This document shows, piece after piece, positions 1 to 12,694 of a stretch of 64,000 nucleotides of DNA. The DNA is from Malacoraja senta. Taxonomy: Eukaryota. A model generated the notes under the pieces. That model was not told the DNA's origin. It saw only the letters and a list, made by a program, of their open reading frames with translations, and made no database searches. The DNA lies in contig CM075995.1 of assembly GCA_038087875.1 (NCBI GenBank), positions 7,628,001-7,692,000 of the forward strand. The letters run 5' to 3'. Numbering within the stretch: position 1 is the stretch's first letter; the number at the start of each line of letters is the position of its first letter. Made by a program: the position numbers and the translations under genes.

Positions 1-155
1 GCTTGAGAGTAAAGATGAGTTTGAACTCTCGACTTAAAAGAGTCGATGGAGGGGGCAGTTCTGATGGGAAGGGGGATGCTGTTCCACAGTCTAGGGGCTG
101 CAACCGCAAAGGCGCGGTCGCCCCTGAGCTTATGCCTAGACCGCAGGATATTCAG
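1..155 (-). mobile_element. L2-clade LINE 3' fragment (runs off window edge)
   Basis: Near-identical to the ~18250-18400 part of the L2-type fragment encoding RGDRAFAVAAPRLWNS. Confidence 0.7.
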
Positions 156-159
156 TAAA

Positions 160-772
160 TGTGTTTCCACGTCTCCGTTCTAAATGGCTCACCTCTTATT
201 CTTAAACTGTGGCCCCTGGTTCTGGACTCCCCCAACATCGGGAACATGTTTCCTGCCTCTAGCGTGTCCAAACCCCTTAAGGGCCTGTCCCACGGGCAGG
301 CGATTCCAGGCGGCAAGCACGACCTAGCAGGAAGCGGAGGCCGCACGGGGACCGCGGGGTCGGTCCCACGTAGATAGCCGGAGCCGTATGTAGTTGGTCC
401 CGACACCGCGCGGGGCTCAGAAAAACTGACACTGTTCAAAACTCCCTTGCGGCAACGGCCTGTCGCCCCGCTGCCGCCTCGACGCCGCGCGCACCGCCTC
501 GCGCACCGCCTCGACGCCTCGCACACCGCCTGGACGGAGTAGGCTAGCGCGTTGCGTTGCGCGATGATGTCATCACCCGACGCCGCGCTCGCCGCATGCA
601 TTCGCATGCTCGTGGGGCAGGCCCCCGATTCCGGGGAAGTCGCGCTTGCCGCCTGGAATCGCCTGCCCGTGGGACAGGCCCTTTAATAATCTAATATGTT
701 TCAATAAGATCCGCTCTCATCCTTCTAAATACCAGAATATACAAGCCCAGTCGCTCCATTCTCCCAGCATAT
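160..772 (-). mobile_element. CR1/HER1-like LINE 3' fragment interrupted by a MITE
   Basis: Minus-strand GLDTLEAGNMFPMLGESRTRGHSLRIRG motif, the same as the many CR1 ORF2 C-terminal fragments in the window. Confidence 0.8.
280..682. mobile_element. PIF/Harbinger-type MITE
   Basis: 39-bp perfect TIR starting AGGGCCTGTCCCAC; TTA TSD at 277-279 and 683-685; removal restores host CCCTTAATAATC. Confidence 0.85.
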
Positions 773-1054
773 GACAATGAGGGTGACTGGAGGTCAGGAC
801 CGCTCTCTAGCTGATGAGAGCACGGTTCAATTAGTTAACAGATCATCCCTCAGTCTCTTACGCTCCAAGGAACAAAGACTTGGGCAGCAAGCCAGTGTTT
901 GCAGGCTGTGGCTTAAATGGACGTGCCTGAAAGCACATATCACCGATGAAGCTCTCACACACACACACACACACATATCGATGGCCTCTCACACAGTCTC
1001 CTCTGCCTACAGCCTCTGATCTCTCCCTATCACCACCACCACCACCCTCATTGT

Positions 1055-1425
1055 CATAAAGATGGTTAAGGGCTTGGACACGCTAGAGGCAGGAAACATG
1101 TTCCCGATGTTGGGGGAGTCCAGAACCAGGGGCCACAGTTTAAGAATAAGGAGTAAGCCATTTAGAATGGAGACGAGGAAACACTTTTTCTCACAGAGAT
1201 TGGTGAGTCTGTGGAATTCTTTGCCTCAGAGGGCGGTGGAGGCCGGTTCTCTGGATGCTTTCAAGTGAGAGCTAGATAGGGCTCTTAAAGATAGCGGAGT
1301 CAGGGGATATGGGGAGAAGGCAGGAACGGGGTACTGATTGGGGATGATCAGCCATGATCACATTGAATGGCGGTGCTGGCTTGAAGGGCCAAATGGCCTA
1401 CTCCTGCACCTAATGTCTATTGTCT
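1055..1425 (+). mobile_element. CR1/HER1-like LINE 3' fragment
   Basis: ORF2 C-terminal motif FFSQRLVSLWNSLPQ, 3' UTR and (CTATTGT)-type tail. Confidence 0.8.
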
Positions 1426-2262
1426 ATCATTCATAGTCATACAGTGTGAAATAGGCCCTTCGGCCCAACTTCGGCACTGGGCCTGTACTCGCTGGAATTT
1501 AGAACAATGGGGGGGGGGGGGGGGGGACCTCCTTGAAAGATACATAATTCTGAAAGGCTTGGATAGAGTGGATGTGGAGAGGATGTTTCCACTAGTGGGA
1601 GAGTCTAAGACCAGAGGTCATAGCCTCAGAATTAAAGGACGTTCTTTACGGAAGGAGATGAGGAGAAATTCCTTTAGTCAGAGGGTGATGAATCTGGGGA
1701 ATTCTTTGCCACATTAGGCCGTGGAGGCCAAGTCAATGGATATTTTTAAGGCAGAGATGGATATGTAGATTCTTGATCAGTACGGGTGTCAGAGATTATG
1801 GGGAGAGGGCAGGAGAATAGGTTTAGGAGGGAGAGATAAGATCAGCCATGATTGAATGGAAGAGAAGACTTGACTCAGTCGTAGAGTTGTACAGCACGGA
1901 ATCAGGCCCTTCGGCCCAACTCATCCATACCGACCAACATGCCCCATCTACACTAGTCCTACCTGCCTGCGTTATCCCTCTAAACCTGTCCCGTCCATGT
2001 ACCTGTCCAAATGATTAATAAATACTGCGATAGCCCCAGCCTCAACTACCTCCTCCAGCAGCTTGTTCCATACACCCAACACCCTCTGTGTGAAGAAGTT
2101 GCCACTCAAGTTCCTATTTAATCTTCCCCCCCCCTCACCTTAAACCTATGTCCTCTGGTCCTTGATTCCCCTACTGTGGGCAAGAGACTCTGTGCATTTA
2201 CCTGATTTATTCCTCTCATGATTTGTACACCTCTATAAGATCACCGCTCATCTTCATGCGCT

Positions 2263-3375
2263 AGCAGTGTTGCAGCAGTAGCAGTGTTGTAGCAGTGTTG
2301 TAGCAGTGTTGCAGTAGTGTTGCAGTGGTGTTGTAGCAGTGTTTCAGCAGTGTTGCAGTTGCAGTAGTGTTGTAACAGTGTTGTAGCAGTGTTGTAACAG
2401 TGTTGCAGTGGTGTTGTAGCAATGTTGTAGCAGTGTTGTAGCAGTGTTGCAGTTGTAGCAGTGGTGTAGTAGTGTTGTAGCAGTGTTGCAATGGTGTTGC
2501 AGTAGTGTTGTAACAGTGTTGTAGCAGTGTTGCAGTGGTGTTGCAGTCAAGAGATTTTATTGTCATGTGTCCCAGATAGGACAATTAAATTCTTGCTTGC
2601 TGCAGCACAATAGAATGTTGTAAGCATAAATACAGGACAGATCAGTGTGTCTATATAGCATAGAACGTTATATACACACGAATACACAGATAAAGTGCAT
2701 TAGGCTGTTATAGTTCAGTTTGATGGCGAGTTTAATAGCCTGATGGCTGTGGGGAAGCAGCTGTTCCTGAACCTGCATGTTGCAGATTTCAGGCTCCTGT
2801 ACCTTCTACCTGAAGGCAGCGGGGAGATGAGTGTGGTGGCCAGGATGGTGTGGGTCCTTGATGATGTTGACTGCCTTTTTGAGGCAGCGACTGCGATAGA
2901 TCCCCTCGATGGTGGGAGGTCAGAGCCGGTGATGGACTGGGCAGTGGTCACAGCTTTCTGCATTCTTTTCCGCTCCTGGACGCTCAAGTTGCCGAACCAA
3001 GCCACGATGCAACCGGTCAGCATGCTCTCTACTGTGCACAAGGCAGTGGTGTTGTAGCGGTGTTGCAGTAGCGGTGTTGCAAGTACGGTGTTGCACGGGT
3101 TGCAGCAGCGCGTTGCAGTAGCGGTGTTGCAAAAGTAGTGTTGCAGTCGCAGTGTTGCAGTCGCAGTGTTGCAGTCGCAGTGTTGCAGTCGCAGTGTTGC
3201 AGAAGCAGTGTTGCAGTCGCAGTGTTGCAGTAGCAGTTGCAGCAGTAGTGTTGCAATAGTGGCGTTGCAGCAGCGGCGTTGCAGTAGCGGTGTTGCAAAA
3301 GTAGTGTTGCACTTGCAGTTGCAGTGTTGCAGTCGCAGTGTTGCAGAAGCAGCGTTGCAGTAGCAGTGTTGCTGA
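2263..3375. repeat. Degenerate GCAGTGTT(GTA/GCA) minisatellite split by a LINE fragment
   Basis: Tandem ~11-14-nt units at 2263-2547 and 3043-3375. Confidence 0.85.
2548..3042 (-). mobile_element. Rex1/Babar-like LINE 3' fragment
   Basis: Translation VESMLTGCIVAWFG...LPSGRRYRSLK...RFRNSCFPTAIRLLN followed by a TGACAATAAA 3' tail. Confidence 0.75.
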
Positions 3376-3414
3376 AGTGTGTGCAATGTTACATCTGACA
3401 TTAAGCTCTGCATC

Positions 3415-4110
3415 TCCCCCCCACCCCCTCCCCCCGCGAGCTGCGTGCGGGACGTGCCGGCGCCGGCGCCGCCTGCTGCAGGGGGCGCTCTGCTGCCGCT
3501 CAGCGTCGGTGCCAGCGTCACGCGGGTCAGTGCCGGCGCCGAACGTGCCGCGTCGCACGCCGCCCTGACGTCAGCGTCAGTGTCAGTGCCGAACGTGCGC
3601 GTCGCACGCTGCCCTGACGTCTGTGTCAGTGTCAGTGTCAGTGCCGAACGTGCCGCGTCGCACGCCGCCTGGTGGGCGGGGGCGGGGGGGCAGGCGCTCC
3701 TCCGCGACTGCAGGGGCGCTGCCGCTGCCGCTGCCGCTGACTTCCCCGCCCGGCGACGGCCGCCGCCTCCAGTCAGTCAGTCTCTCCCACAACCGCCGTC
3801 GCCGCCGCCGCCGCCTCAGCCTCATCGCTGCCCCGGGGACGGACAGACGGCGAGACTCGACGGACGGGTCGCTGCTCCCTCACCAGTCGCCAGCTCCAGG
3901 CCGCAGGTGAGGAGGGCAGGGGAGGGGAGGGGAGGGGAGGGTCAGCGTCAGCTGTCAAGAAGGTGGTGACCGTCAGCCTGGCCCGGACCAAGTGACCCCC
4001 CCCCCCCCCCCCGCCGGTACACACTCTCCCCTGAGTCTCCCGATACAGTCTCCCGGAGTTTAATCCTCCCTCAGTCCACAAAAGCCTCCCCTTCTCGCCC
4101 GCCCCTCCCC
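3415..4110 (+). promoter_or_regulatory. SIRT5: CpG-island promoter of SIRT5
   Basis: Strongly GC/CpG-rich unique sequence, CRE TGACGTCA at 3566-3573, GC boxes near 3674-3690, overlapping the first exon. Confidence 0.75.
3770..3906 (+). other. SIRT5: SIRT5 non-coding exon 1 (start approximate)
   Basis: Strong donor CAG|GTGAG at 3906/3907 within the CpG island; no ATG; the next acceptor is at 6330. Confidence 0.65.
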
Positions 4111-4717
4111 CTTCTCCCGAGTCTGCTTTTCACTGTATCTCGGTACACAGTAATAACAATAATAAACCTGAACCTAGACCTGTACCGTCTGGTTGATGAT
4201 CATACAGTGTTCGTTCAAAATCAGGCCGTTCACACTAGATCGATGTTATCTGACTTACTTCTCCATTCCCTGCACACTAGGGGCAATTTACAGAAGTCAA
4301 TGAACCTACAAACCCCACGCGATCACAGGGTACAAACTCTATACAGACATCTCCCGAGGTCAGGATTGAACCCAGTCTCTACCAACTGCCACCTGCATAC
4401 TCTTCATCTTTAGTTAGTTTAGAGATACAGCATGGAAACAGACCCTTCGGCCCACTGTCATTACTGACCTTCAATCACCTGTTCGCATTAGTTTCTAGGT
4501 TATTCTGTTTTCTCACCCACTCCCTGCACACTAGGATGATTAACAGATGGCTAATTAACCTACAATCCCACGTGTCTTTGGGATGTGGGTGGAAACCGGA
4601 GCACCCAGAGGAAACCCATGCGACCACAGCGGGGAATGTGCAAACTCCACACAGACAGCACCCGAGGTCAGGATCGAACCCGGGTCTCTGGCACTGCGAG
4701 GTGTTTGGAATTGTTGT

Positions 4718-5775
4718 AAACATAGGAAAATAGAAGCAGCAGTAGGCCATTTGGCCTTTCGAACCAGCATCACCATTCAACATGATCATGGCTGATCCTG
4801 CTTTTTCCCCATATCCCTTGATTCCTTTAGTCCCGGTACCCTGTTCCTGCCTTCTCACAATATCCCCGGACTCACTATCTTTATGAGCTCTATCTAACTC
4901 TCTCTTGAAAACATCGAGTGGATTGGCCTCCACTGCCTTCTGTGGCAGAGAATTCCACAGATTCACAACTTTCTGGGTGAAGAAGTTTGTCCTCATCTCA
5001 GTCCTAAATGGCCTATCCCTTATTGTTAAACTGTGACCCCTGGTTTTGGACTCCCCCAACATCGGGACATTGTTCCTGCATCTAGCCTGTCTAATCCTTT
5101 ATGAATTTTATATGTTTCCATAAGATCCCCTCTCATCCTAAATTCCAGTGAATATAAGCCCGGTGTACCAATTCTTTCATCATATGGTCAGTCCCACCAT
5201 CCCGGGTATTAACATGGAGAACTACGCTGCACTCGCTCAATAACAATAATGCCCTTCCTCAAATTAGGAGACCAAATTGCACACAATACACCAGGTGCAG
5301 TCTCACCTGGGCCCTGTACAACTTCAGTAGGACCTCCTTGCAGCTAAACTCAAATCCTCTTGCAATGAAGGCCAACATGCCATTAGCTTTCTTCACTGCC
5401 TGCTGTACCTGCATGCTTACTTTCAGTGACTGATGTACAAGCACACCCAGGTCTCATTGCACCCTCCCCCCCCCCACTTTCCTAATCTGACACCATTCAG
5501 ATAATAATCTGCCTTCCTGTTCTTGCCACCAAAGTGGATAACCCTCACATTTATCCACATTATACTGCATCTGCCATGCATCGGCCCACTCACCCAACCT
5601 GTCCTAGTCACCCTGCAGCCTCATAGCATACTCCTCGCAGCTCACACTGCCACCCAGTTTATGCCATCTGCAAACTTGGAGATGTCACGTTTAATTCCCT
5701 CGTCTAAATAGTTAATATATATTGTAAATAACTGAGGTCCCAGCACTGAGCCTTGCGGCACCCCACTAGTCACTG
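4718..5775 (-). mobile_element. CR1-like LINE ~1-kb decayed 3' fragment
   Basis: Frameshifted RT C-terminal pieces (VIHFGGKNRKADYYLNG, QAVKKANGMLAFIARG, NLWNSLPQ). Confidence 0.8.
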
Positions 5776-6348
5776 CAAAAATGTTAAAGTGTTATTATTG
5801 TTCTCCTTTGTGCATTTTGACAGAGTGAAATCCACCTCTGTCATTGTTTAAGTTTAAGTTTAGGATGCAGCACGGAAACAGGCCTTCGGCCCACCGAGTT
5901 CACGCCGACCAGCGATTACCCCGTACACTTGCACTATCCTACACACAAGGGGCAATTTACAATTTTTACCAAAGTCAAATTAACTTGCATACCTGTGTAG
6001 GAGGAAACCAGAGCACCCGGAGAAAAACCCACCGCAGGTCACAGGAAGAACGTACAAACTGCGTTCAGACGCACCTGAGATCAGGATGGAACCCGGGTCT
6101 CTGGCGCTGTAAGGCAGCAACCCTGCCACCGTGCCGCCCCCCAATTGAGTTGTGCGGTATAAATGTAAAAGTGTTGTTATTGTTGTACATCAGCCCCAAC
6201 AATCGAGCTCCTCCTCTTGTGAATATTGACATGAGTGCAATCCACATTTTTTTCATTCTTATTTGAGGACGGAGCAGGCTTGAAGCTTCCTGCATATTTT
6301 AAGAACATATATATATCATTTCTCTTCCAGAATCAGCCAATAATTGCA

Positions 6349-6460
6349 ATGATTCTTCTTCAGTTTACTACCAGGAAGCTAGTTCCCCAGGTGGGCAATT
6401 GGCTAAAGCAATCCTCCAAGCTGCTCATGACCCAGACTGAAATGATACGCCAAAGTTCAG
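6349..6460 (+). CDS. SIRT5: SIRT5 coding exon 1 (exon starts 6331); probable mitochondrial presequence
   Basis: Acceptor TTCCAG at 6330, ATG 6349, MILLQFTTRKLVPQVGNWLKQSSKLLMTQTEMIRQSS, donor CAG|GTACG; phase 1 joins the next exon as D. Confidence 0.85.
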
Positions 6461-7224
6461 GTACGTACTTTGTTGAATGAGGGAAGTTCAATTAAGTCTG
6501 TAAAAACTGCTGCTTGAAAAAATTTATATTTAAAGGTAGGAGAGTGAGAGAGTGGTGATCGCAGTTGTGTATCAAGTGCTGAAGTATTGTAATGCTTTTA
6601 GATTAGTGCTGTGTAACTGTATAGTCAGGTCTACTTTCGTCTATTGTCATGTGTACCGAAGTACAGCGGAAAGCTTTTTGTTGCGTGCTAACCGGTAGCG
6701 GAAAGACAATACATGATTACAATGGAGCCGTTCACAGTGTACAGATACTTGATAAAGGGAATTACATGAATAACGTTTGGTGCAAGAGAAAGTCCAGTAA
6801 AGTCCCATCAAAGATGGTCTGAGGGTCTCCAATGAGGTAGACAGTAGCTCAGGACTGCTCTCTATTTGTTGGTAGGATGGTTCAATTGCCCGATAACACC
6901 TGAGAAGAGGGCTGTCCCTGAATCTGGAAGGTGTAAATTGAGTCAATGGAAGGGAGATTGGTTTGTGTGATGGTCTGGGCTTCATCTTCAATTTCTCTAC
7001 ATTTGCCTTGCGGCCTTGGGTGGAGCTCTTCCCAAACCATGCTGTGATGCATCCTGATAAAATGCTTTCAACTGCGCGTCTCTGGATGTCCAGTTCCAAG
7101 CACTTAAATTACCCGGATGGACTCCATCTGAAGAAGTTTCCAGACCCAAAACACTAGCTATCCATGATCTCCACAGATGTTGCCTGACGCGCTGACTTAC
7201 TCCAGAACTCTTTTTTTCTCTACC

Positions 7225-7940
7225 AACATAGAAAATAGGTGCAGGAGGAGGCCATTCGGCCCTTCGAGCCAGCACCGCCATTCATTGTGATCATGGCTGA
7301 TCGTCCCCTATCAATAACCCGTGCCTGCCTTCTCCCCATATCCCTTGATTCCACTAGCCCCTAGAGCTCTATCTAACTCTCTCTTAAATCCATCCAGTGA
7401 CTTGGCCTCCACTGCCCTCTGTGGCAGGGAATTCCATAAATTCACAACTCTCTGGGTGAAAACGTTTTTTCTCACCTCAGTCTTAAATGACCTCCCCTTT
7501 ATTCTAAGACTGTGGCCCTGGTTCTGGACTCGCCCAACATTGGGAACATATTTCCTGCATCTAGCTTGTCCAGTCCTTTTATAATTTTATATGTTTCTAT
7601 AAGATCCCCCCTCATCCTTCTAAACTCCAGTGAATACAAGCCTAGTCTTTTCAATCTTTCCTCATATGACCGTCCCGCCATCCCAGGGATCAATCTCGTG
7701 AACCTACGCTGCACTGCCTCAATCACAAGGATATCCTTCCTCAAATTAGGAGACCAAAACTGTACACAATACTCCAGATGTGGTCTCACCAGAGCCCTAT
7801 ACAACTGCAGAAGAACCTCTTTACTCCTATACTGAAATCCTCTTGTTATGAAGGCCAACATTCCATTAGCTTTCTTCACTGCCTGCTGTACCTGTAAGCC
7901 AACTTTCAGTGACCGGTGTACAAGGACGCCCAGGTCTTGC
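7225..7940 (-). mobile_element. CR1-like LINE 3' fragment
   Basis: ORF 7499-7879 KKANGMLAFITRG...RPHLEYCVQFWSP... Confidence 0.85.
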
Positions 7941-8029
7941 TACCCCATTATACTTTGGAGAAGTAGAGAGCAAATTGACTGGTTGATCACGGCCTGGTTC
8001 GGCATCTTGCTCGCCCAGCAACAAACAGT

Positions 8030-8338
8030 ATTACAAATGTAGTGATCACCGCTCGGTCCATCAACCTCCCCATCATCGATGGGATCTATTGGAGTTGCTG
8101 CCTCAAAAAGGCAGCCAGCATCACCAGAGACCCACACCACCCTGGCGACGCTCTTATCTCACTCCTGCCATTGGGAAGAAGGTACAGGAGCCTGAAAACT
8201 GTAACGTCCAGGTTCAGAAACAGCTGCTTCCCTACAGCCATCAGGCTATTAAACACTACAACCTCCAAATAAGCTCTGAACTACAAATACTTGTTTTGTT
8301 TTTTTGTCGTTACACTATAATTGTTTGTATGTATATGT
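8030..8338 (+). mobile_element. Rex1/Babar-like LINE 3' fragment (3' UTR appears to resume after 14333 and near 15460-15790)
   Basis: LPLGRRYRSLKTVTSRFRNSCFPTAIRLLN. Confidence 0.7.
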
Positions 8339-10139
8339 CAGAGCTGCCAACTCCCACGCATCGAGCGTGAGACTCACGCATTTCGCCCAATTCTCACACT
8401 GATCACAGAATTTCTCACGCTCTGTCGTGAGAAATTTTGTGATCACCGAGAATTTCAAAACTAATAACTGCTTGTGTGCGCGTCTGTTGACAAGACAGCA
8501 GCACTCTTATTCTCTGTTACTCTCACTTGACCGAACTGGCACACACCACCAAACCATGTCCCCATGCAAATTTACATTGAACGACACGGCAGTGAATGAG
8601 TGTCACCCAGCGCAGCAAGTAAGGCCATGTCCTGCTCCCAGCGGCAGTCGGATTTGTGGGAAGCGGTCACATGAGCGAGGCCGGCGAGGAGAGAGGTACA
8701 TGGGCGGCGGAACGGGGGTGGGGGGGGATTTTTTGGCTAGACATATTTCAATGTCTCCAGCTTTGGATGAGGCGCTGCTGTGCTCTGAGCAACCTGGTTG
8801 TGGATGTTGGGATACCTGGGGAGGAGGGAGGGATGGAAGCAGAAGCAGCAGCGGGGTCAGATGCGGACGGGGAGCCGGGGTTGGCGAGTGTTTGCCGGGC
8901 TGGCGAGTTGCTCACTGCAGCTCCGGCCATGGAGCAGCCTCAGTGCAAGAGTCCCGGGCCGTCGGAAGCGTTGCGCCGCTGCCGTGAGAGTCTCTGTGCC
9001 GAATTCGCATGGACCAGGCTGCGGCTCGGTGCATCCTGGAGGGCAACCAGTGGCTGCTGGAAATAGCTACCAAGCACTGGGTAGAAGCGGTGGAAGATAG
9101 TGGCCTTCAAATGGGGGTGGTTGGAGAAAGCATCCTGCTTGCCTGCTAGATTTTCACTTACTGTATCTGCAGGAAAAATGTTCCCGATGTTGGGGGAGTT
9201 CAGAACCAGGAGTCACAGTTTAAGAATAAGGGGTAGGCTATTTAGGACTGAGATGAGGAAAAACTTTCTTCACCCAGAGAGTTGTGAATCTGTGGAATTC
9301 TCTGCCACAGAAGGCAGTGGAGGCCAATTCACTGGATGTTTTCAAGAGAGTGTTACATTTTGCTCTTGGGGCTAGCGAAATCAAGGAATAAAACAGGAAA
9401 GAGGTACTGATTTTAGATGAAAAGTCATGATCATATTGAATGGCAGTGCTGGCTCGAAGGGCCGAATGGCCTATTCCTGCACCTATTTTCTATGTTTCTA
9501 GGCTTGAGTATATGGCAGTAAAACTCGACCACTTGATTTTGAAGCATTCATGCATGGTGGAGGTATAATGTAGTCATAGAGTGATACAGTGTGAAAAACA
9601 GGCCCTTCGGCCCAAACTTGCCCACACCCGCCAACATGTCCCAGCTACACTACCTGCTTTTGGTCCATATCCCTCCAACCTGTCCCATCCATGTATCAGT
9701 ATTTCTTGAATGTGGGATAGTCCCTGCCTCAACTACCTTCTCTGGCAGCTTGTTCCATACACCCACCACCTTTTGTGGGGGAAAAAAGTTACTCTTAAAA
9801 ATACTTTAAACAAAAACATTGAAATCATACTTTTACAATGCACTAAAACATGATTTTAATACATAAAATTTCAAAAAGGCACCCCTCCCACACCCTCCCC
9901 CCACTCCACCCTCGCCAGGTACCCCAAGGACAGTGATCAGTAATCGCTCAGCCCCTCCCACTTCAAAAAACGCTCCGCGGACCCTGGTTCAGATGGAGAG
10001 CACTGCCAAATGTGAGCGAGGAACTGAAGCCAGTTGTCCGTGATGTCTGGATCCCAATGCTCAGCGCTTCCTGTTTCGGAGTTGGCTAATGTTATTGATT
10101 TGTAATTAGTTGACAAAACCTTAATTTATTAATACGGAA

Positions 10140-11639
10140 TGTAAACAGGCACCTGAGACAATGTATGATTTATAATAAGTTGTCAGTACATCCTAGCTGC
10201 TCAGACTGACGGTGCTGGGAATAAGCATTAGTGTAAGTTATAGTGGGGTGGAGTTAGTGATGCTGGCTATGTGTGATTGGTTCACATGCATCAGCAATCT
10301 ACATCCTTCCCCCTAAAGATTATATGTGGAAAGGAAATGTATTAAACATACTCGCCATATCTGTCTGGTGTCTACTAACACGGCCCGAGCGCGTGCAGAC
10401 CCAACCATCCCCTCCCTCACCTGAAGGATTAGACGGAGAGCTGGAGGTGAAAATGGACCGGGAGAGCTTGTGGTGACCGAGAGGGGAAACATGCGGTAGG
10501 TGAAACCCCGTGGTTAGTGGAGATCGAGGGTCGTGGGGGGGGGTGCAAGGCATGCGGGGACGGGTGGGAGACATTGCCAAAGGCGGCTGGAACTGGAGCG
10601 GCGGAGCATAGGGATCAGCAGGTGTTGGTCGGGGCTCCTTCACAGCAAGCAGGTGTTGTCGACTTCTCCGGTATACCGCTCCCTCACAGTCCACAAGGTA
10701 CGATCGCGGCTCATCAGTCGGGCGTACAACAGTGCCCAGACGAGAATGTCCAGTTGAAGTTCATAGACGGACGACCTGGCCCGGCAGTAGATCAGAGCTC
10801 CTGAGACGGCCAGATTTAACGCTCGATGAAGCTGTGCATGCATGCAGAACCGCCGAACTTGTCGATCCCATAGACAGTTCGCATGAAACCAAAACGATCA
10901 ATTTGACGGGCCTCACTAGGCAACGAACATACACAGATAACAGCCGATTTATGACCCAAGCTAGTCAAGCAGTTCACAGTGGTCCTCCGAAGAGATGTCC
11001 TAACTGCAGTTATCTACACAACAGACAATCCGCCTGCCCTGCCCTCAGGAAGGCATGCAATTACTGCAAAAAGCTAAATCACATTGCCTCTGTCTGTCGG
11101 GCTGCAATTCGGGCCCGAGGAAAAGAATGCGCCCAGCCCAAGTCTAATCTCAATTTTTTGCAACGAGACAGCAACATACTGCCTCCCCAATTCCAGCTCG
11201 AAACCGCCCCCGAATACAGCCAATAACTCGCAAGATGACCCGACTGTTTACACGTTACAGCATGCTGCTGCCAAGAATTCTGATCCAACCGTGACGATAT
11301 CTGTAAACAATGTTGATTTTGGCGCGAAATTAGACACGGGGGCGAAGGTTAACACTATGTCAATCAACCTCTTTAACAAGATTAGAGCTAACGAGCCACT
11401 CATCAAGGACAAATCCCACTTCTGACACCATGTAAACAGGCACCTGAGACAGTGTATGATTTAAACACATCTTTAATCAGCACTGTAACTTGGCAGCGTT
11501 TGAGGACAATAAGTTGTCAGTACATCCTAGCTGCTCAGACTGACGGTGCTGGGAATAAGCGTTAGTGTAAGTGTTATAGTGGGGTGGAGTTAGTGATGCT
11601 GGCTATGTGTGGATGGTTCACATGCATCATCAATCTACA
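10140..11639 (-). mobile_element. Non-autonomous Gypsy-like LTR element with internal deletion and inversion
   Basis: LTRs TG...CA at 10140-10303 and 11431-11639; 5-bp TSD CGGAA; minus-strand PBS TGGTGTCAGAAGTGGGATT (tRNA-Leu-like); PPT AGGGGGAAGGA; integrase C-terminus on -, gag zinc knuckles and protease LDTGA on +. Confidence 0.9.
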
Positions 11640-12559
11640 CGGAATATCCAGGGGGATGGGATAAGTGTAATATTAAATGACGTGCAATGGTGTCAGGTGT
11701 CTGTCACAACATACAGCCCCGATAACCCATTATTTCCTTCAGTTAAATATTGGGAAGGTAGCACTATTGTCATTTGCCACTCAACTATTATGTTTTGTTT
11801 ACTTCACTGACTATTTCTAACCCCCCCCCCCCCCAAAATCCCTTTGATAGGTTGAGTAGAAATTTCCCCAATCTCGTTGTTTATTAATTGAACACGTAGA
11901 TGAACATCCTCAAGGAGTGTAATCAGATGGAAACTGATTCAGATGCAATGTTTAAGAGCTTGTTCAAAGAAGGGGCATATTTTAAAGGAGTGACAGATAT
12001 ACGTGCAGGGTAATGTGTGAGGAGGTTATTATTTGTCTTTAGTTTTGGCTTGAACCAGGACATCTGAAGATTCAGTTTAATATAGTAATTGTGCTGATAC
12101 TGACTCCAACCAACCACGCAATGAATGTAATCCATTCCGGAGGTTTTATTTTTCTGATGCCATTTAAAACTTCACTTGGATTTCAATCACTTCAATGTAA
12201 AAGTAATTGGGAATGGGGATCATTGGAACAAAAAACTGCCCTCGGTACATAGTAACTGTAATATAATAATGTATGCATGTTGGTAGGTGCAAAAGATCTT
12301 TTTATCATTGTTGTGTTATGAATACCACAAAAAATATTATGTACTCTCAAGATCACATTAAATAGAATATTATTGCTTAAATATATATTGTTATTGGACT
12401 TTGCATTTCGGAAAAGTCCCAGCTGAGAGAAGACAGCAAAATACTGAAAATATTGGGGGTGAAAATGACTTCAGGACAGTTGTTAGAAAATGAAGGCAAT
12501 GGTAACAGAATACACAATACTTATACGGCTGAGTGAGTATAATTTTATGGATGAGAAAT

Positions 12560-12694
12560 GGGAGATTGCAACCTTCACGTGGTCCGCCCTGTTTCGACGA
12601 ATGCAATCAACCTGGCGTGCACAATCAAATAAGATCAAATAGAACAAGTTGTCCTACAACTTTAGGCTGTGCACGCAATACGCAAGAAGAAGAA
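12560..12694 (+). mobile_element. Short (GAA)n-tailed retroposon
   Basis: 10-bp TSD GATGAGAAAT; second copy at 39652-39762. Confidence 0.75.

Noticed and set aside
2261..3558. Long Cys/Thr-rich ORFs (LQHCYNTAT...)
   Set aside because: Translations of the minisatellite plus a Rex fragment; no splice or homology support.
3379..3969. 196-aa GC-rich ORF over the promoter
   Set aside because: Non-ATG start and low complexity, as expected in a CpG island.
8427..9100. Overlapping 100-186-aa ORFs as a captured gene or transposase
   Set aside because: No recognisable motifs; the GC-rich composition explains the open frames.
11084..11226. Programmed frameshift between Gypsy gag and protease
   Set aside because: Protease is in the +1 frame of a decayed, rearranged copy and cannot be distinguished from an ordinary indel.
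11412..11430. tRNA-Leu 3' end with CCA
   Set aside because: It is the primer-binding site of the LTR element, not a tRNA gene.
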